Origin: a bacterium
GTDB lineage: Bacteria; Babelota; Babeliae; Babelales; RVW-14
Assembly: GCA_043822925.1 (NCBI GenBank)
Contig: JBDRBF010000002.1
Span: 14,562 to 78,561 of the forward strand
Length of the DNA: 64,000 nucleotides
Reading direction: 5' to 3'
The notes under the pieces are model-generated. The model was not told where the DNA came from. It saw only the letters and a list, made by a program, of their open reading frames with translations, and did not search any database. Both the position numbers and the translations under genes were made by a program. Position 1 is the first letter of the stretch. Every line of letters starts with the position of its first letter. This document shows, piece after piece, positions 25,963 to 35,481 of the stretch.

Positions 25963-27057
25963 TTAGCGTTGTTTTTGATCTAAAAAAATAGAAAATGGTT
26001 CGTTCTGAAATATAAATTTATAGGCTGCATGGCATAGGGGCATGTGTAGGTTGTCGCGTTCAATTAGTTCGCGCAGAGAGAGCAGGGTATTAAGCCCTTC
26101 GGGAAGCGTCTTAAAATTGAGCGATAAATTTTCTATAGATCGGTCTTGGGCGAGCAAGCGTCCAGCTTTGAGGTTTTTGCCGAGAGTCCCAGTGCAGCTT
26201 AAAATTAAATCGCCCAAGCCTGATAGCCCGTAGGCTGTTTGCGGGTCGCCACCGAGATGTTTGATCAAGTAAGCAATTTCACGCAGGCCCTGAGTTATTA
26301 AATAAGAAGCGGTATTTTCTTTATGTCCAGATCCGTAGGCGATGCCTATAATTAGCGCAAAAACATTTTTGATGGCGCCACATATTTGTGTGCCTATTGG
26401 GTCTTGTGACGGGAACGTCTTAAAATAATTATTATTAAGAAGCGTATCTAATTGGGTAATAAGTTTAGAATTTGTGCTTGCGATAGTTGCTGTTGTAAAT
26501 TGTCTGTCGGCCAGTTCTTTGGCGAAACTTGGGCCACCAAGTACGGCATAATTTATTGGTGCTTTTAATACGTCTTGAATTATTTGGGATGGGAGTAAGC
26601 GTGTTTTTTGTTCGATGCCCTTACTCAGGATTACCCAGGATGGGGCGCGCCCTTCGACAGGCTCCCAGGCTTCGCGTGAAGCTTCGCCGGGCACGGCAGG
26701 GTGAGTGCTCATGCTGAGTTTATCGAAGCATGAAGGGCAGGCCAGTCTGGGATGACGACATGTAGGGTCGGTTGCTAAAACTTGTTCAATAATTTGGCGT
26801 AAAAATTTGACGGGAATAGCTTCGAAAATTAAGCTTGCGCCGGTTATGGCTTCTTCGAGATTTGTTGTTGCGTTAATTTTTGGGCTCAGCGTAATATCAG
26901 GTAAATACTGGCTGTTTGTGTGTTGCTTGGTTATTTCGTAGGTAATTTCTGGTTCATGGCACCATAGGGTTACATGGTGGTCGTTGTGGGCCAGGAGCGT
27001 CGCGATAGCTGTTCCCCAAGCGCCTGCGCCAAGTATTGTTATTTTTTGTTCAGACAT
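25963..27057 (-). CDS. gpsA: NAD(P)H-dependent glycerol-3-phosphate dehydrogenase with a 42-codon repeat-derived insertion
   Basis: ITILGAGAWGTAIA Rossmann motif, SKGIE, GLGDLILSCTG. Residues 100-141 (CRHPRLACPSCFDKLSMSTHPAVPGEASREAWEPVEGRAPSW) are encoded by the element. Confidence 0.85.
   Translation of the reverse strand: MSEQKITILGAGAWGTAIATLLAHNDHHVTLWCHEPEITYEITKQHTNSQYLPDITLSPKINATTNLEEAITGASLIFEAIPVKFLRQIIEQVLATDPTCRHPRLACPSCFDKLSMSTHPAVPGEASREAWEPVEGRAPSWVILSKGIEQKTRLLPSQIIQDVLKAPINYAVLGGPSFAKELADRQFTTATIASTNSKLITQLDTLLNNNYFKTFPSQDPIGTQICGAIKNVFALIIGIAYGSGHKENTASYLITQGLREIAYLIKHLGGDPQTAYGLSGLGDLILSCTGTLGKNLKAGRLLAQDRSIENLSLNFKTLPEGLNTLLSLRELIERDNLHMPLCHAAYKFIFQNEPFSIFLDQKQR
26635..26760 (-). 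repeat. Composite palindromic element (three nested modules) inside gpsA
   Basis: Minus strand reads TGTCGTCATCCCAGACTGGCCTGCCC...GCTTCGATAAACTCAGCATGAGC...GTGCCCGGCGAAGCTTCACGCGAAGCCTGGG...CCATCCTGG. Length is 126 nt. Confidence 0.8.
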
Positions 27058-27079
27058 TTAGCTATTCCCGTTAAAAAAA

Positions 27080-27769
27080 TTACTTACCAAAGTTTCTCTG
27101 TATTGTCGTAAATTTTTCTAAACATTTTTTTAAGATATCTTCAGTGACGTCTGGCCAGAGTTCTTCAAGAAATAAAAATTCGCTGTAGGCTGCTTGATAT
27201 AATAAAAAGTTACTTATTCGGGTGAGCCCACTGGTGCGTATAATAAGATCTGGGGCTGGAATGTCTGCTGTCCAAAGAGATTTTGCAAATAGATCTGTTG
27301 TAATTTCTGAGATGTTTAGTGTGCCATCTTTTACTTGTTGTGCGAGTTTTTTTGTGGCGTGAACGATTTCTTGTTGTCCACCGTAACAAAATAATAAATT
27401 GAGATTTAGCTGCGTACAATCTTTTGTTGCTTCTTCAGCGTTTTTAACGGTGATGTTTACAACCTCTGGAAATATGCTTCTATCGCCGATAAAGCGAACG
27501 CGTATATTTTCTTTGATTAAGCTTGGGAGTTCTTTGGTTAATTGTTTTGAAAAGAGCTCTTCAAATAGATATCTTTTTTCTTGTTCTTCTCGTGTAAAGT
27601 TTTCGAGAGAAAAGATGTAAAAAGAGAGATGTTTAATATTGTTTTTGATGCTAAATTTGATTGATGCGCGTATTGCTTCCAGGCCAGCTTTGTGTCCTAA
27701 AAATGTTTGGAGTTTGTTTTTTAAAGCCCATCGGCGGTTGCCATCTGGGATTATTGCAAGATGTTGCAT
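27080..27769 (-). CDS. uppS: Undecaprenyl diphosphate synthase
   Basis: IIPDGNRRWA and RTSGLTRISNFLLYQAAYSE motifs. Confidence 0.9.
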   Translation of the reverse strand: MQHLAIIPDGNRRWALKNKLQTFLGHKAGLEAIRASIKFSIKNNIKHLSFYIFSLENFTREEQEKRYLFEELFSKQLTKELPSLIKENIRVRFIGDRSIFPEVVNITVKNAEEATKDCTQLNLNLLFCYGGQQEIVHATKKLAQQVKDGTLNISEITTDLFAKSLWTADIPAPDLIIRTSGLTRISNFLLYQAAYSEFLFLEELWPDVTEDILKKCLEKFTTIQRNFGK

Positions 27770-28303
27770 AAAAAGCCTTTATGGTTTCAAGCTATGTGAG
27801 CTTAGGTTTTTCTTGGGTGTGCTCAAGAGCGTTTTTTACGATTGCTTTATACTACATGAACTACGGTTTCTTGCAATGTTTTACCTCGTGTTAATTCGTC
27901 TGAGCTAAGGCTTGTATGTGACAAGAACTTTGGGCTGGCAAGAGCGTTTCAGGCGACCTGTCACGTCGAAGTTTCAGTGAAGACTAATTGCTTTAAGGTC
28001 TTGCAAGCCTATGGTTTCAACTATAGGAATTACCAAAAAAAGAAGCTTTTTGAGCTTTTAGGCCATATTTTGGGGCTCCATTTGAGTTTAATTGGTTTTT
28101 GCTATATTATTTAAATATATGAATAAAATAATAAATCGTCAGTTTGCCACAAATGTTGTGGCATATCTCAGAACCAATTTCCCCATAAGTTTCAAAATCG
28201 TATACTTCGTTATCAGCAATGATGTATCTTATGTATACAAAATAACGAGTGGTGCGGGGGTTTTGATGCCCATTGGAAACATAATTATGGAAGGGGGAAA
28301 ATC

Positions 28304-28987
28304 ATGGATATTATAAAAGGGAACGTCAAAGCGATAATTTTCGATATGGACGGGACCATTCTTAAGACGGAGCACATTTGGAACCAAGTGTCTCGCGAAG
28401 TACTGACGCATTGTGGTATTGCTACGTTGTCTCAAGAATCCGAAGTTTTATTAGATTCTTTGAGCGGGTCTTCGTTGCTCAAGGCAGCAACATTGATGAA
28501 AGACGTGTTTAAATTGCCGCAGACAGAAGAAGAAATTCTTGATTTGCACATTAAGTTGTCAAATAAGTTATTTGAAGAGCGATGTGAATTTATTGAGGGA
28601 TTTGAAGAATTTCATAAGCAGATTAGTTCTTATGCTATTCCAAGTAGTATTGCGACGAACGCTCATCATGATAATCTTAAGGGAATTGTTAAGGTTATGA
28701 GTTTAGATTCGTTTTTTGGTGAGAATATTTATTCTCCTATTCATGTGAATAATAAGTTTAAGCCAGATCCTGCATTATTTTTACATGCGGCAAAAATGTT
28801 GAATGTAAATCCTGCTGAATGTGTTGTTTTTGAAGATTCTGTGTATGGATTTCAGGCTGCAAATGCTGCTGGCATGAAGTGCATAGCTATAAAAAATAAG
28901 CTTAATGCGCCACAGCTTGAGAATTATCAGTTGCACAATGCGATTGAAACGTATCACGATGCGCTTGAAGCTTTACGCAAAGTTTAA
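28304..28987 (+). CDS. HAD-superfamily hydrolase (beta-phosphoglucomutase-like subfamily IA)
   Basis: IIFDMDGTIL (DxDxT), FEDSVYGFQAANAAGM; GGGGGA SD upstream. Confidence 0.8.
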   Translation: MDIIKGNVKAIIFDMDGTILKTEHIWNQVSREVLTHCGIATLSQESEVLLDSLSGSSLLKAATLMKDVFKLPQTEEEILDLHIKLSNKLFEERCEFIEGFEEFHKQISSYAIPSSIATNAHHDNLKGIVKVMSLDSFFGENIYSPIHVNNKFKPDPALFLHAAKMLNVNPAECVVFEDSVYGFQAANAAGMKCIAIKNKLNAPQLENYQLHNAIETYHDALEALRKV

Positions 28988-28996
28988 CGCTGACTT

Positions 28997-29055
28997 GTCA
29001 TCCTGGACTTGCCTGCCATTCGGAGCCACTTGGGCGTAGTAGAGATCCGGGATCC
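28997..29055 (+). repeat. Palindromic element just after the HAD gene stop
   Basis: GTCATCCTGGACTTGCCTGCCATTCGGAGCCACTTGGGCGTAGTAGAGATCCGGGATCC. Confidence 0.75.
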
Positions 29056-29087
29056 ATCCTGTTCTTAATATATTGTCTGTTTAATTT

Positions 29088-29114
29088 AGGGCCCACATCG
29101 GGCCTCTTTTTTTT
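29088..29114 (+). terminator. Rho-independent terminator
   Basis: GGGCCC-ACATC-GGGCCT stem-loop followed by a T8 run. Confidence 0.55.
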
Positions 29115-29190
29115 GAGTTTATGGGGCTGTTAAGAAATAAGATTTATATATTAAAAAACGCTCACCCTGAGCTTGTCGAAGGGTTCTCCG

Positions 29191-29841
29191 TTATTTGTAT
29201 GTTATATCAAAAATAAGTAGGCTTGTGTGGGCGATAAGAAGAGCTGTGTAATACTGCTTGAGAGTGTCATTTTTAGCGCATACTATTTCTTGAGCTGATC
29301 TGGTAATTCCATCAAGTGCTTTAAATAGGCAATCTAATTCTTCTGGAATATTTGTTGTTATAGATAGAGCTGTCGTTGTAATTATTTGGGCTTTGGCTGT
29401 TGTATCAAGAATAGATAAAATTGTTTTTTTTAGTTTTTCTTGGGCATCTGGTAATGTGTCTTCTTGTGTGGGAAAAAGAAGTTCGGCGAGTTTATTGAGT
29501 ATTGGCTCCGGAATAAAATTTGAGATAAAATTAAGAGCATCGATGGCCATCCAGATAAGAAGATATTTTTGTGATTTGTTGTTTTTGTGATTTATTTGGT
29601 TTTTGTATAGCGTGAGGCCTTTATTAATGGTAGATGCTCCGTCGCGTATTGTTTTAATGATGGGAGAGCTTGGTTTGTTACTGGTTGTAATAGTTATTCC
29701 TCGTGTGACTGCGTTGGTGAGTGTTATTGTGTCCAGATCGATGGCTTTTAGCGTAAAATTTGGGGCCAAAGTAAGCGTGAAAACGAGCCATAAAAGCCTG
29801 TTTAATTGGGTAATTTGATAAAAAACACTTTGTTTATTCAT
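29191..29841 (-). CDS. Hypothetical protein with N-terminal hydrophobic segment
   Basis: 216-aa ORF with N-terminal hydrophobic segment LLWLVFTLTLAPNFTLKA. No recognisable motif. Confidence 0.45.
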   Translation of the reverse strand: MNKQSVFYQITQLNRLLWLVFTLTLAPNFTLKAIDLDTITLTNAVTRGITITTSNKPSSPIIKTIRDGASTINKGLTLYKNQINHKNNKSQKYLLIWMAIDALNFISNFIPEPILNKLAELLFPTQEDTLPDAQEKLKKTILSILDTTAKAQIITTTALSITTNIPEELDCLFKALDGITRSAQEIVCAKNDTLKQYYTALLIAHTSLLIFDITYK

Positions 29842-29951
29842 ATTTATTGTTATTTCTTGGTAAAAATTTAAACTTTTTACTCTGACTCTGGATGCATTTT
29901 GGCTTATTAATGCGTATTAATACAAGAGTTTAAGATAAAAGGGGCTTGAGT

Positions 29952-30545
29952 ATGTTGGCAAATACTAATTTGGAACTTATTTGGTTTAAGCAAATTTTGG
30001 CAAATCAAGATTTGGTGAGCAACCTTGAAAATATTACGCTTATTATAACAGATGTTGATGGTTGTTTGACTGATGCCAATATCGATTATACTTGTGATCA
30101 GGAGTTTTCTCGTCGGTTTTCTATACAAGATGGCTTTGCAATTGAACAAGCATTAAAAGCGGGACTTCTTGTCGGCTTTATGAGCGGCAAAGCACATAGT
30201 TCCAGTAATATGCGTGCTCAGAAGCTTGGAATTCCGGAAGATTTAAATTTAGGTGGCAAAAAAGATAAAGTAGTCGCTCTTAAAACTATTTGCGAATCTC
30301 GTAATATAAATATGCAAAATATTTTGTTTTTTGGTGATGATTGTTACGATGCGCGTGTAAAGCTTGCCGTTCCAGAGATTATTTTTGCTACGCCGAGTAA
30401 TGCGCCTTTTTATTATCAAAATATTGCTAATATTGTTTTGCCTAAACAGGGTGGCCAGCATGTCTTTAGATTATTACTTGATTTAGTTTTGTATGTTCAA
30501 AAAAAGCATTTTTCTCAAGAACTAATCGATCGGCTTGTGCGGTAA
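29952..30545 (+). CDS. kdsC: 3-deoxy-D-manno-octulosonate 8-phosphate phosphatase (HAD IIIA)
   Basis: ITDVDGCLTD, FMSGK, FGDDCYD. ATG 29952 lies 7 nt after GGGG. Confidence 0.7.
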   Translation: MLANTNLELIWFKQILANQDLVSNLENITLIITDVDGCLTDANIDYTCDQEFSRRFSIQDGFAIEQALKAGLLVGFMSGKAHSSSNMRAQKLGIPEDLNLGGKKDKVVALKTICESRNINMQNILFFGDDCYDARVKLAVPEIIFATPSNAPFYYQNIANIVLPKQGGQHVFRLLLDLVLYVQKKHFSQELIDRLVR

Positions 30546-31180
30546 TGCGTATATCTAAAAAAAATATAGTTTTGATTTTTGTAGGCATACTTGCACTTTG
30601 CAGTACGCTTGGTTACTTGATAAGTAAGCGCAATCAAGATCTCAAGATAGCTACTAACACTGCGCAGCTTATTCGTTCAGAAGGGCAAGCAAGTAGTGTG
30701 AAAATTGAGCAAGATGCGGATATTGTTATTCGTGGTATAAAGTTGCAAGAAATGCGCCACGAAAAAAATAAAGATTATACATTGTTCATGAAGGCTAAAC
30801 AAAGTTCTTTTTCTCATGTTTCTAACGAAATGGATTGTCGTGATGCTGTTTGTACGGTTGTGGACAAAACAGGCACGATAGCTCAATTTAAAGCAGATAT
30901 TTCTTTGGTTGACCGTGAAAAACAGGGAGTTACTTTCCCGGGGCAAGTTGTTGGTAGGTTTGGCGACTATCGTATTTTAGGGCGCAATGCTTATTACGAT
31001 CCGACGAAAAATAATATTGAATTTAAAGATCTTTTTTATGGCACGTATAAAAATGTAAAATTTTTTGCACACCAGGGTTCTTTCGATCTCAAAACCAAAT
31101 CGATATCTTTGGGCAATGGCGTGCGCACTGAGATTGAGATCCCCGAAAAAGATAATAAAGACTGGAATATTGGTTTTTAA
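30545..31180 (+). CDS. Membrane-anchored periplasmic protein, LptC-like by position
   Basis: Single N-terminal TM helix and beta-rich body. Immediately follows kdsC, as in the kdsC-lptC order of E. coli. No strong motif. Confidence 0.35.
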   Translation: MRISKKNIVLIFVGILALCSTLGYLISKRNQDLKIATNTAQLIRSEGQASSVKIEQDADIVIRGIKLQEMRHEKNKDYTLFMKAKQSSFSHVSNEMDCRDAVCTVVDKTGTIAQFKADISLVDREKQGVTFPGQVVGRFGDYRILGRNAYYDPTKNNIEFKDLFYGTYKNVKFFAHQGSFDLKTKSISLGNGVRTEIEIPEKDNKDWNIGF

Positions 31181-31698
31181 TTTCGAACAGGTATCTTTAT
31201 AATAATTGGTTCATGTCCTATTTTTTGCATGCAGGTTAAAAAGTCTTCTGGGCGTAAGCCAATTGTCATATTGTTTTTAAGTGGGTGAAAGTTGACGTAT
31301 GTAGACGTCATGAAATCTTGGTCTAAAACAAACGTAACTTTTTTTTCTTGATCAAACATGAGCCCAAATGGCGTGACTGAACCTGGTTCAAGCTTAATAA
31401 GCTCGAGCATATTTTCTGCTTTTCCAAAAGAAAACCGGCCACATTCTAGTTCTGTGCTTAAAGCTTTTAGGTCGACTCGTTTGTGTTCGTCGATACTTAC
31501 TAGATAAAAAGTATTTTTTGTGTCTTTTAAAAATAGATTTTTGGATTGCATGCCTGGGATCTCGTCAAGATCGCTATCTATTAAAATTGGTTTTTCGTCT
31601 GAGGTGAACACTGCTTGATGCTTGTAAAGTGTGTATTTAATATTGTTGGTGTTCAGGAAATCGAATACTATTTTTTCGTTTATCATATTATCTTTCAA
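31177..31698 (-). CDS. YbaK/ProX-family aminoacyl-tRNA trans-editing (deacylase) domain protein
   Basis: KNLFLKD...YLVS...DLKAL...GSVTPFGL...FHPL.NN pattern typical of ProX/PrdX; 173 aa. Confidence 0.75.
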   Translation of the reverse strand: MKDNMINEKIVFDFLNTNNIKYTLYKHQAVFTSDEKPILIDSDLDEIPGMQSKNLFLKDTKNTFYLVSIDEHKRVDLKALSTELECGRFSFGKAENMLELIKLEPGSVTPFGLMFDQEKKVTFVLDQDFMTSTYVNFHPLKNNMTIGLRPEDFLTCMQKIGHEPIIIKIPVRN

Positions 31699-32842
31699 GA
31701 AGATCCGTCAGAGATTCAAGTCCTTGGGCTGTTATTTTTTCTGTTAACGGAAAAGTAACTTTGCCTGGATATATAACGGTAAGATGGTCAAGTTTAAGGT
31801 CTGCCAGGGCAATTTGCATAGACTTTGTGGTGCGAGGAACATCGGCGTACTTGAATTCAAAGCCGAGCCTCTTTCCATGTTTAATAATAAATAAGTCTAA
31901 TTCGGCATCAGAGTGGGTTGCCCAAAAAAAAGATTCCTCAGGGCTTGCATCATAAATTCTCAGTACTTCTTCCAACGCAAAGCCTTCCCAAAAGGCGCCC
32001 AGACGAGGATGAGTATCAAGTTCTGTTGCATCTTTAATATTAAGTAGAGCATGTAAAATGCCACTGTCTCTAAAATAAATTTTTGGGGATTTTACCTGTC
32101 TTTTTTGAATGTTTTCAAACCATGGGGACAACTCTCGAATCATGAACGTTCCGGCTAAGATATCAAGATAGCTACGCGCGGTATGATCAGAAACGCCTAA
32201 AGACCGTGATATCTCGCTTGCATTAAAGGTTTGGCCATGATAATGCACCAACATAAGCCAAAAACGACGCATTTGCAGCGGTGGAATATTAAATCCAAGA
32301 TTAGGAATATCTCGTTCAAGAAATGTTTTTATATAATTTTGTCGCCAAAGAAGGCTATCAGATTCGTTTAATGCTAAATAAGAAAGAGGAAAACCACCTC
32401 TCAACCAAAGTTGTGAGCTATTCTTGGTTTCATTTAAAGAAAATGGTGGCAATTCAATATACCCAATACGGCCAGCCAGAGTTTCTGATGATTGTTTAAT
32501 TAAGTCGCGTGAAGCACTTCCCAATATTAAAATTTTGTACTTATGTGAAGGATCATCAACTAAGACTCGAAGAATGGGGAAAAGGTCTGGTCGCATCTGG
32601 ATCTCATCAATGACGATAAGTTTTTCTGGATCTGATGAAAGTGCAAGCATTGGGTTATCCAGGCGGGCAAGATCTAAGGGGTTTTCCAAGTCAAAAAAAC
32701 GAGCAATCCCGCCCATTTTTTCTTGAACAAATGTTCGGGCGAGGGTTGTTTTTCCAACCTGACGTGGGCCTAAGATGGCACAAACTGAATGAACGCGAAA
32801 ATTCTGTTCAATTTGTTGTAAATAATGCTCTCTTCTAACCAT
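31688..32842 (-). CDS. AAA ATPase with C-terminal DUF4143-type PD-(D/E)xK nuclease-like domain (COG1373 type)
   Basis: Walker A GPRQVGKTTL, Walker B LIVIDEIQ, C-terminal SDAELDLFI...GFEFKY. Confidence 0.8.
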   Translation of the reverse strand: MVRREHYLQQIEQNFRVHSVCAILGPRQVGKTTLARTFVQEKMGGIARFFDLENPLDLARLDNPMLALSSDPEKLIVIDEIQMRPDLFPILRVLVDDPSHKYKILILGSASRDLIKQSSETLAGRIGYIELPPFSLNETKNSSQLWLRGGFPLSYLALNESDSLLWRQNYIKTFLERDIPNLGFNIPPLQMRRFWLMLVHYHGQTFNASEISRSLGVSDHTARSYLDILAGTFMIRELSPWFENIQKRQVKSPKIYFRDSGILHALLNIKDATELDTHPRLGAFWEGFALEEVLRIYDASPEESFFWATHSDAELDLFIIKHGKRLGFEFKYADVPRTTKSMQIALADLKLDHLTVIYPGKVTFPLTEKITAQGLESLTDLLER

Positions 32843-32984
32843 AAATCTCCTTGTAATTTCGAAGTCTAGGTTCGAGATTACAAGGATAAATTGGAAAAAT
32901 CAATAAATAACGCGAGTTTTTAAGAAAAACTGCTTTTTAGCTGAGATTGAAGATAGCTTAAGTCGATGCATAGGTTTATTTGTT

Positions 32985-33755
32985 CTATACGATGGTTTTT
33001 TTTGAAATTAAGCACATATCATTATATGAATCTTTAGTGTTAAAACCAATTTTTTCATACAAGGGCTTGCCCTCGGACGATGCCAGTAGACATATTTTTT
33101 TGATTTTTTTGGCGTCAAGTGTCTGTAATGTATAGCACGATACGGCTTTTCCAATCCCTTTTTTTCGATACGCGGGGAGGGTTCCGACAAACTGCAGGGC
33201 GGCACTATCGGGGTAAACAACCAGCATGCTCGTTGCAACAGGGGTATTTTGCCAATAACCAATAAAAAATTTAATGTTTTTGTGTTGTTCTGTTTTTTGT
33301 AGGTATTGGATAAATTGACTGCATTCTTTTTCACTGTCTGTTATATCGTATGCTTGGGTAACAAGTGGGACCCACGTATTAAAAATAGTGGCTTGGTCAG
33401 TTACTTCTTGAACAGAAATGTGTTCGTTTTTTGTGTAAGGGGCAATGGCGCTATGTTCTGCGGTCATAGCAAGAGACGATAGTATTGTTTTGAACCCATG
33501 TTCTTCTAGTAATTGTATCCCTTCTTTGTCCTGTTCAGATATGGTTATTGTGTATGGTGTCGGTCCAAAATAAGCATTCAAGTTTTGTAGATCTGTTGAT
33601 GTAAAAGGGGCGGTAATCATTGCTATATTCCAGAAGGGGAAGGGGTTTTTGCTATTAAAGGCACGTATGCTGTCTGAATGAAATTCTGTGGCAGGATCAA
33701 GCCCCAGAAAGACAAGTGTGTGAGCGTAACTTTTTTGTATAGAATTTTTTATCAT
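32985..33755 (-). CDS. GNAT-family N-acetyltransferase
   Basis: LPAYRKKGIGKAV acetyl-CoA motif A; KPLYEKIGF. Confidence 0.7.
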   Translation of the reverse strand: MIKNSIQKSYAHTLVFLGLDPATEFHSDSIRAFNSKNPFPFWNIAMITAPFTSTDLQNLNAYFGPTPYTITISEQDKEGIQLLEEHGFKTILSSLAMTAEHSAIAPYTKNEHISVQEVTDQATIFNTWVPLVTQAYDITDSEKECSQFIQYLQKTEQHKNIKFFIGYWQNTPVATSMLVVYPDSAALQFVGTLPAYRKKGIGKAVSCYTLQTLDAKKIKKICLLASSEGKPLYEKIGFNTKDSYNDMCLISKKTIV

Positions 33756-33781
33756 GATCTTCTCAATTTAATTTATAGAAA

Positions 33782-34447
33782 TTAAATTCTTCTGCAGGCA
33801 ACAATAGCTGAAATAGACGCGGGTTTAAAGTGCGCAATAATTTGTGCGGCGTTTTTGAGCGTTTCGCCGGTAGTGCACAGATCGTCGATAATAATAATTT
33901 TTTTGTTTTCTAAGCTTGGTGCTTTTTGTAAAATTTTGAGCAATTTGTATTTCCAGTGAATAGAAAACACGTTTTTTACGTTTTCCTGTTTTTCTTTTTT
34001 TGTTAAACGAGACTGAAACTGTGTGTGTGTTTTGCGTCCGAGTAAATTAATTATTGGGGTGTTTGTTTTTTTGCTTATAACGCGTGCCATTTCGTGAGCT
34101 TGATTAAAGCCTCTGTAGGCGTAGCGGCGCCAGTGTAGTGGGATTGGGATTATAAAATCGGCGTCTAGGTGATTTGAGGGGATTATATCGAGCATAATAT
34201 TGGCAAGCTGTCTGTTGGCGTTTATGTCTTCTGAGAATTTTCTTAAAATGAGTGTGCGTATTGGTTCTTCGTACGATGCTGCTGCATGTACTGGTAACGT
34301 ATATGTTTTATTAATGGGCAATAAGAGAGAGACGACCGGTTTAATTTGGGCGACACATGCTGGGCAAAATACAAGCTTTTCTGGAACCAGTTGCTTGCAG
34401 CTGGCGCACGTTGATGGGTAAAGCATTTGAAGTATGTAGCGGAGCAT
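33782..34447 (-). CDS. comF: ComF-family phosphoribosyltransferase-like protein
   Basis: N-terminal CASC...CPAC zinc ribbon; PRTase motif IIIIDDLCTTGETL. Confidence 0.8.
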   Translation of the reverse strand: MLRYILQMLYPSTCASCKQLVPEKLVFCPACVAQIKPVVSLLLPINKTYTLPVHAAASYEEPIRTLILRKFSEDINANRQLANIMLDIIPSNHLDADFIIPIPLHWRRYAYRGFNQAHEMARVISKKTNTPIINLLGRKTHTQFQSRLTKKEKQENVKNVFSIHWKYKLLKILQKAPSLENKKIIIIDDLCTTGETLKNAAQIIAHFKPASISAIVACRRI

Positions 34448-34547
34448 GTTGTTTGACCAAAATTAATTATTTTAATGTTATTGTAAGTAGTGAGTGCGCT
34501 CTTGAGTACGTTTTCTTGTTCTTTAGTCTGGTGGTTTTGACCTTAGG

Positions 34548-35039
34548 TTATTTGGCGATCCAAAAGACGAGCTGGAAAAACAGGTTAATAAAAAGACCAG
34601 TTAGTGTCGGACCAGCAAGAACGCCAAGGGCTCCAGGTAATCTTTCTAGATTTATGTCCCAGAGGCGGTGCAAAATAAAAGGGCGTAAAAAGTTGAGCAG
34701 CGTAAAGAAAAAGAAACCAACTGATATTATTTTAAATCCAAGTGGGATGCTCCAGAAAACGATAATAAAGCCAAGAGCTCTATCAAGGACCAGAACAGAA
34801 GAGTCTTTATCTGTGGGATAGGCAAGTGCGTAGTGAATAGTAAAGATGATACTAAGTATAGCGCAGGCAGCGATAATCCAAAAAAGGGTTGCATTGAACC
34901 AGTATAAAATTTGTATTAAATAAAGAAGAGGCGTTAAACATAGGGTAGCTATTAGGCCACCAAGTGCAAAATGTCCAAGTGGGCCAAGGGTTGCGGTTTT
35001 GAAGCAAAGTTCTCTAATTTTTAACAACATAAATTTCAT
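34548..35039 (-). CDS. PgpA-like polytopic membrane protein (divergent)
   Basis: VLVLDRALG and PGALGVLAGPTLTG sit where PgpA has V.DE..G and GG.G...DD..AG. The acidic residues are not conserved. Confidence 0.4.
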   Translation of the reverse strand: MKFMLLKIRELCFKTATLGPLGHFALGGLIATLCLTPLLYLIQILYWFNATLFWIIAACAILSIIFTIHYALAYPTDKDSSVLVLDRALGFIIVFWSIPLGFKIISVGFFFFTLLNFLRPFILHRLWDINLERLPGALGVLAGPTLTGLFINLFFQLVFWIAK

Positions 35040-35481
35040 ACATATTTTTTAAGATTATACCAAAAACTCCTACCACGACGAAGATATCAGCTACATTGAA
35101 CGTAGGCCAGTACCAAGTTTGCAGGTGGAATTCTAAGAAGTCGAGCACGGCTCCATATAAAAAACGGTCCACTACGTTTGATAGTGCTCCGGCCAGAACC
35201 ATTACCTCAAACATGATGTTATGACGATTTTTGAGTTGAATTAACGTGTAGATACTAAAACAGACGATAACACACAGGATAAAAGCCGTCAATAAGCTTT
35301 TGCCAAGCATTGAATCAAACGATAAAAGGCTCCAGCTTACGCCTTTGTTCCAGGCGATTGAAAGATTAAAATAGTCGGTAATTAGTTTTGGTTCTGTTAT
35401 ATATTTTAAGATGCAAAGTTTTGAAATTCGATCGAGCAAGAAACAGGTAAGAAAAAAGAGTGCGTATAAAAGTTTTTTCAT
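35014..35481 (-). CDS. lspA: Lipoprotein signal peptidase II
   Basis: [26 protein letters not shown] motifs. Confidence 0.85.
   Translation of the reverse strand: MKKLLYALFFLTCFLLDRISKLCILKYITEPKLITDYFNLSIAWNKGVSWSLLSFDSMLGKSLLTAFILCVIVCFSIYTLIQLKNRHNIMFEVMVLAGALSNVVDRFLYGAVLDFLEFHLQTWYWPTFNVADIFVVVGVFGIILKNMYEIYVVKN

Noticed and set aside
27770-28303. tmRNA, RNase P RNA, SRP RNA or 6S RNA in the long intergenic region
   Set aside because: I could not find the diagnostic strings: a GGGGCTGA...tRNA-like CCACCA end, GAGGAAAGTCC, or the SRP GGAA tetraloop context. GGGGCTCC at about 28073 lacks a matching acceptor 3' half.
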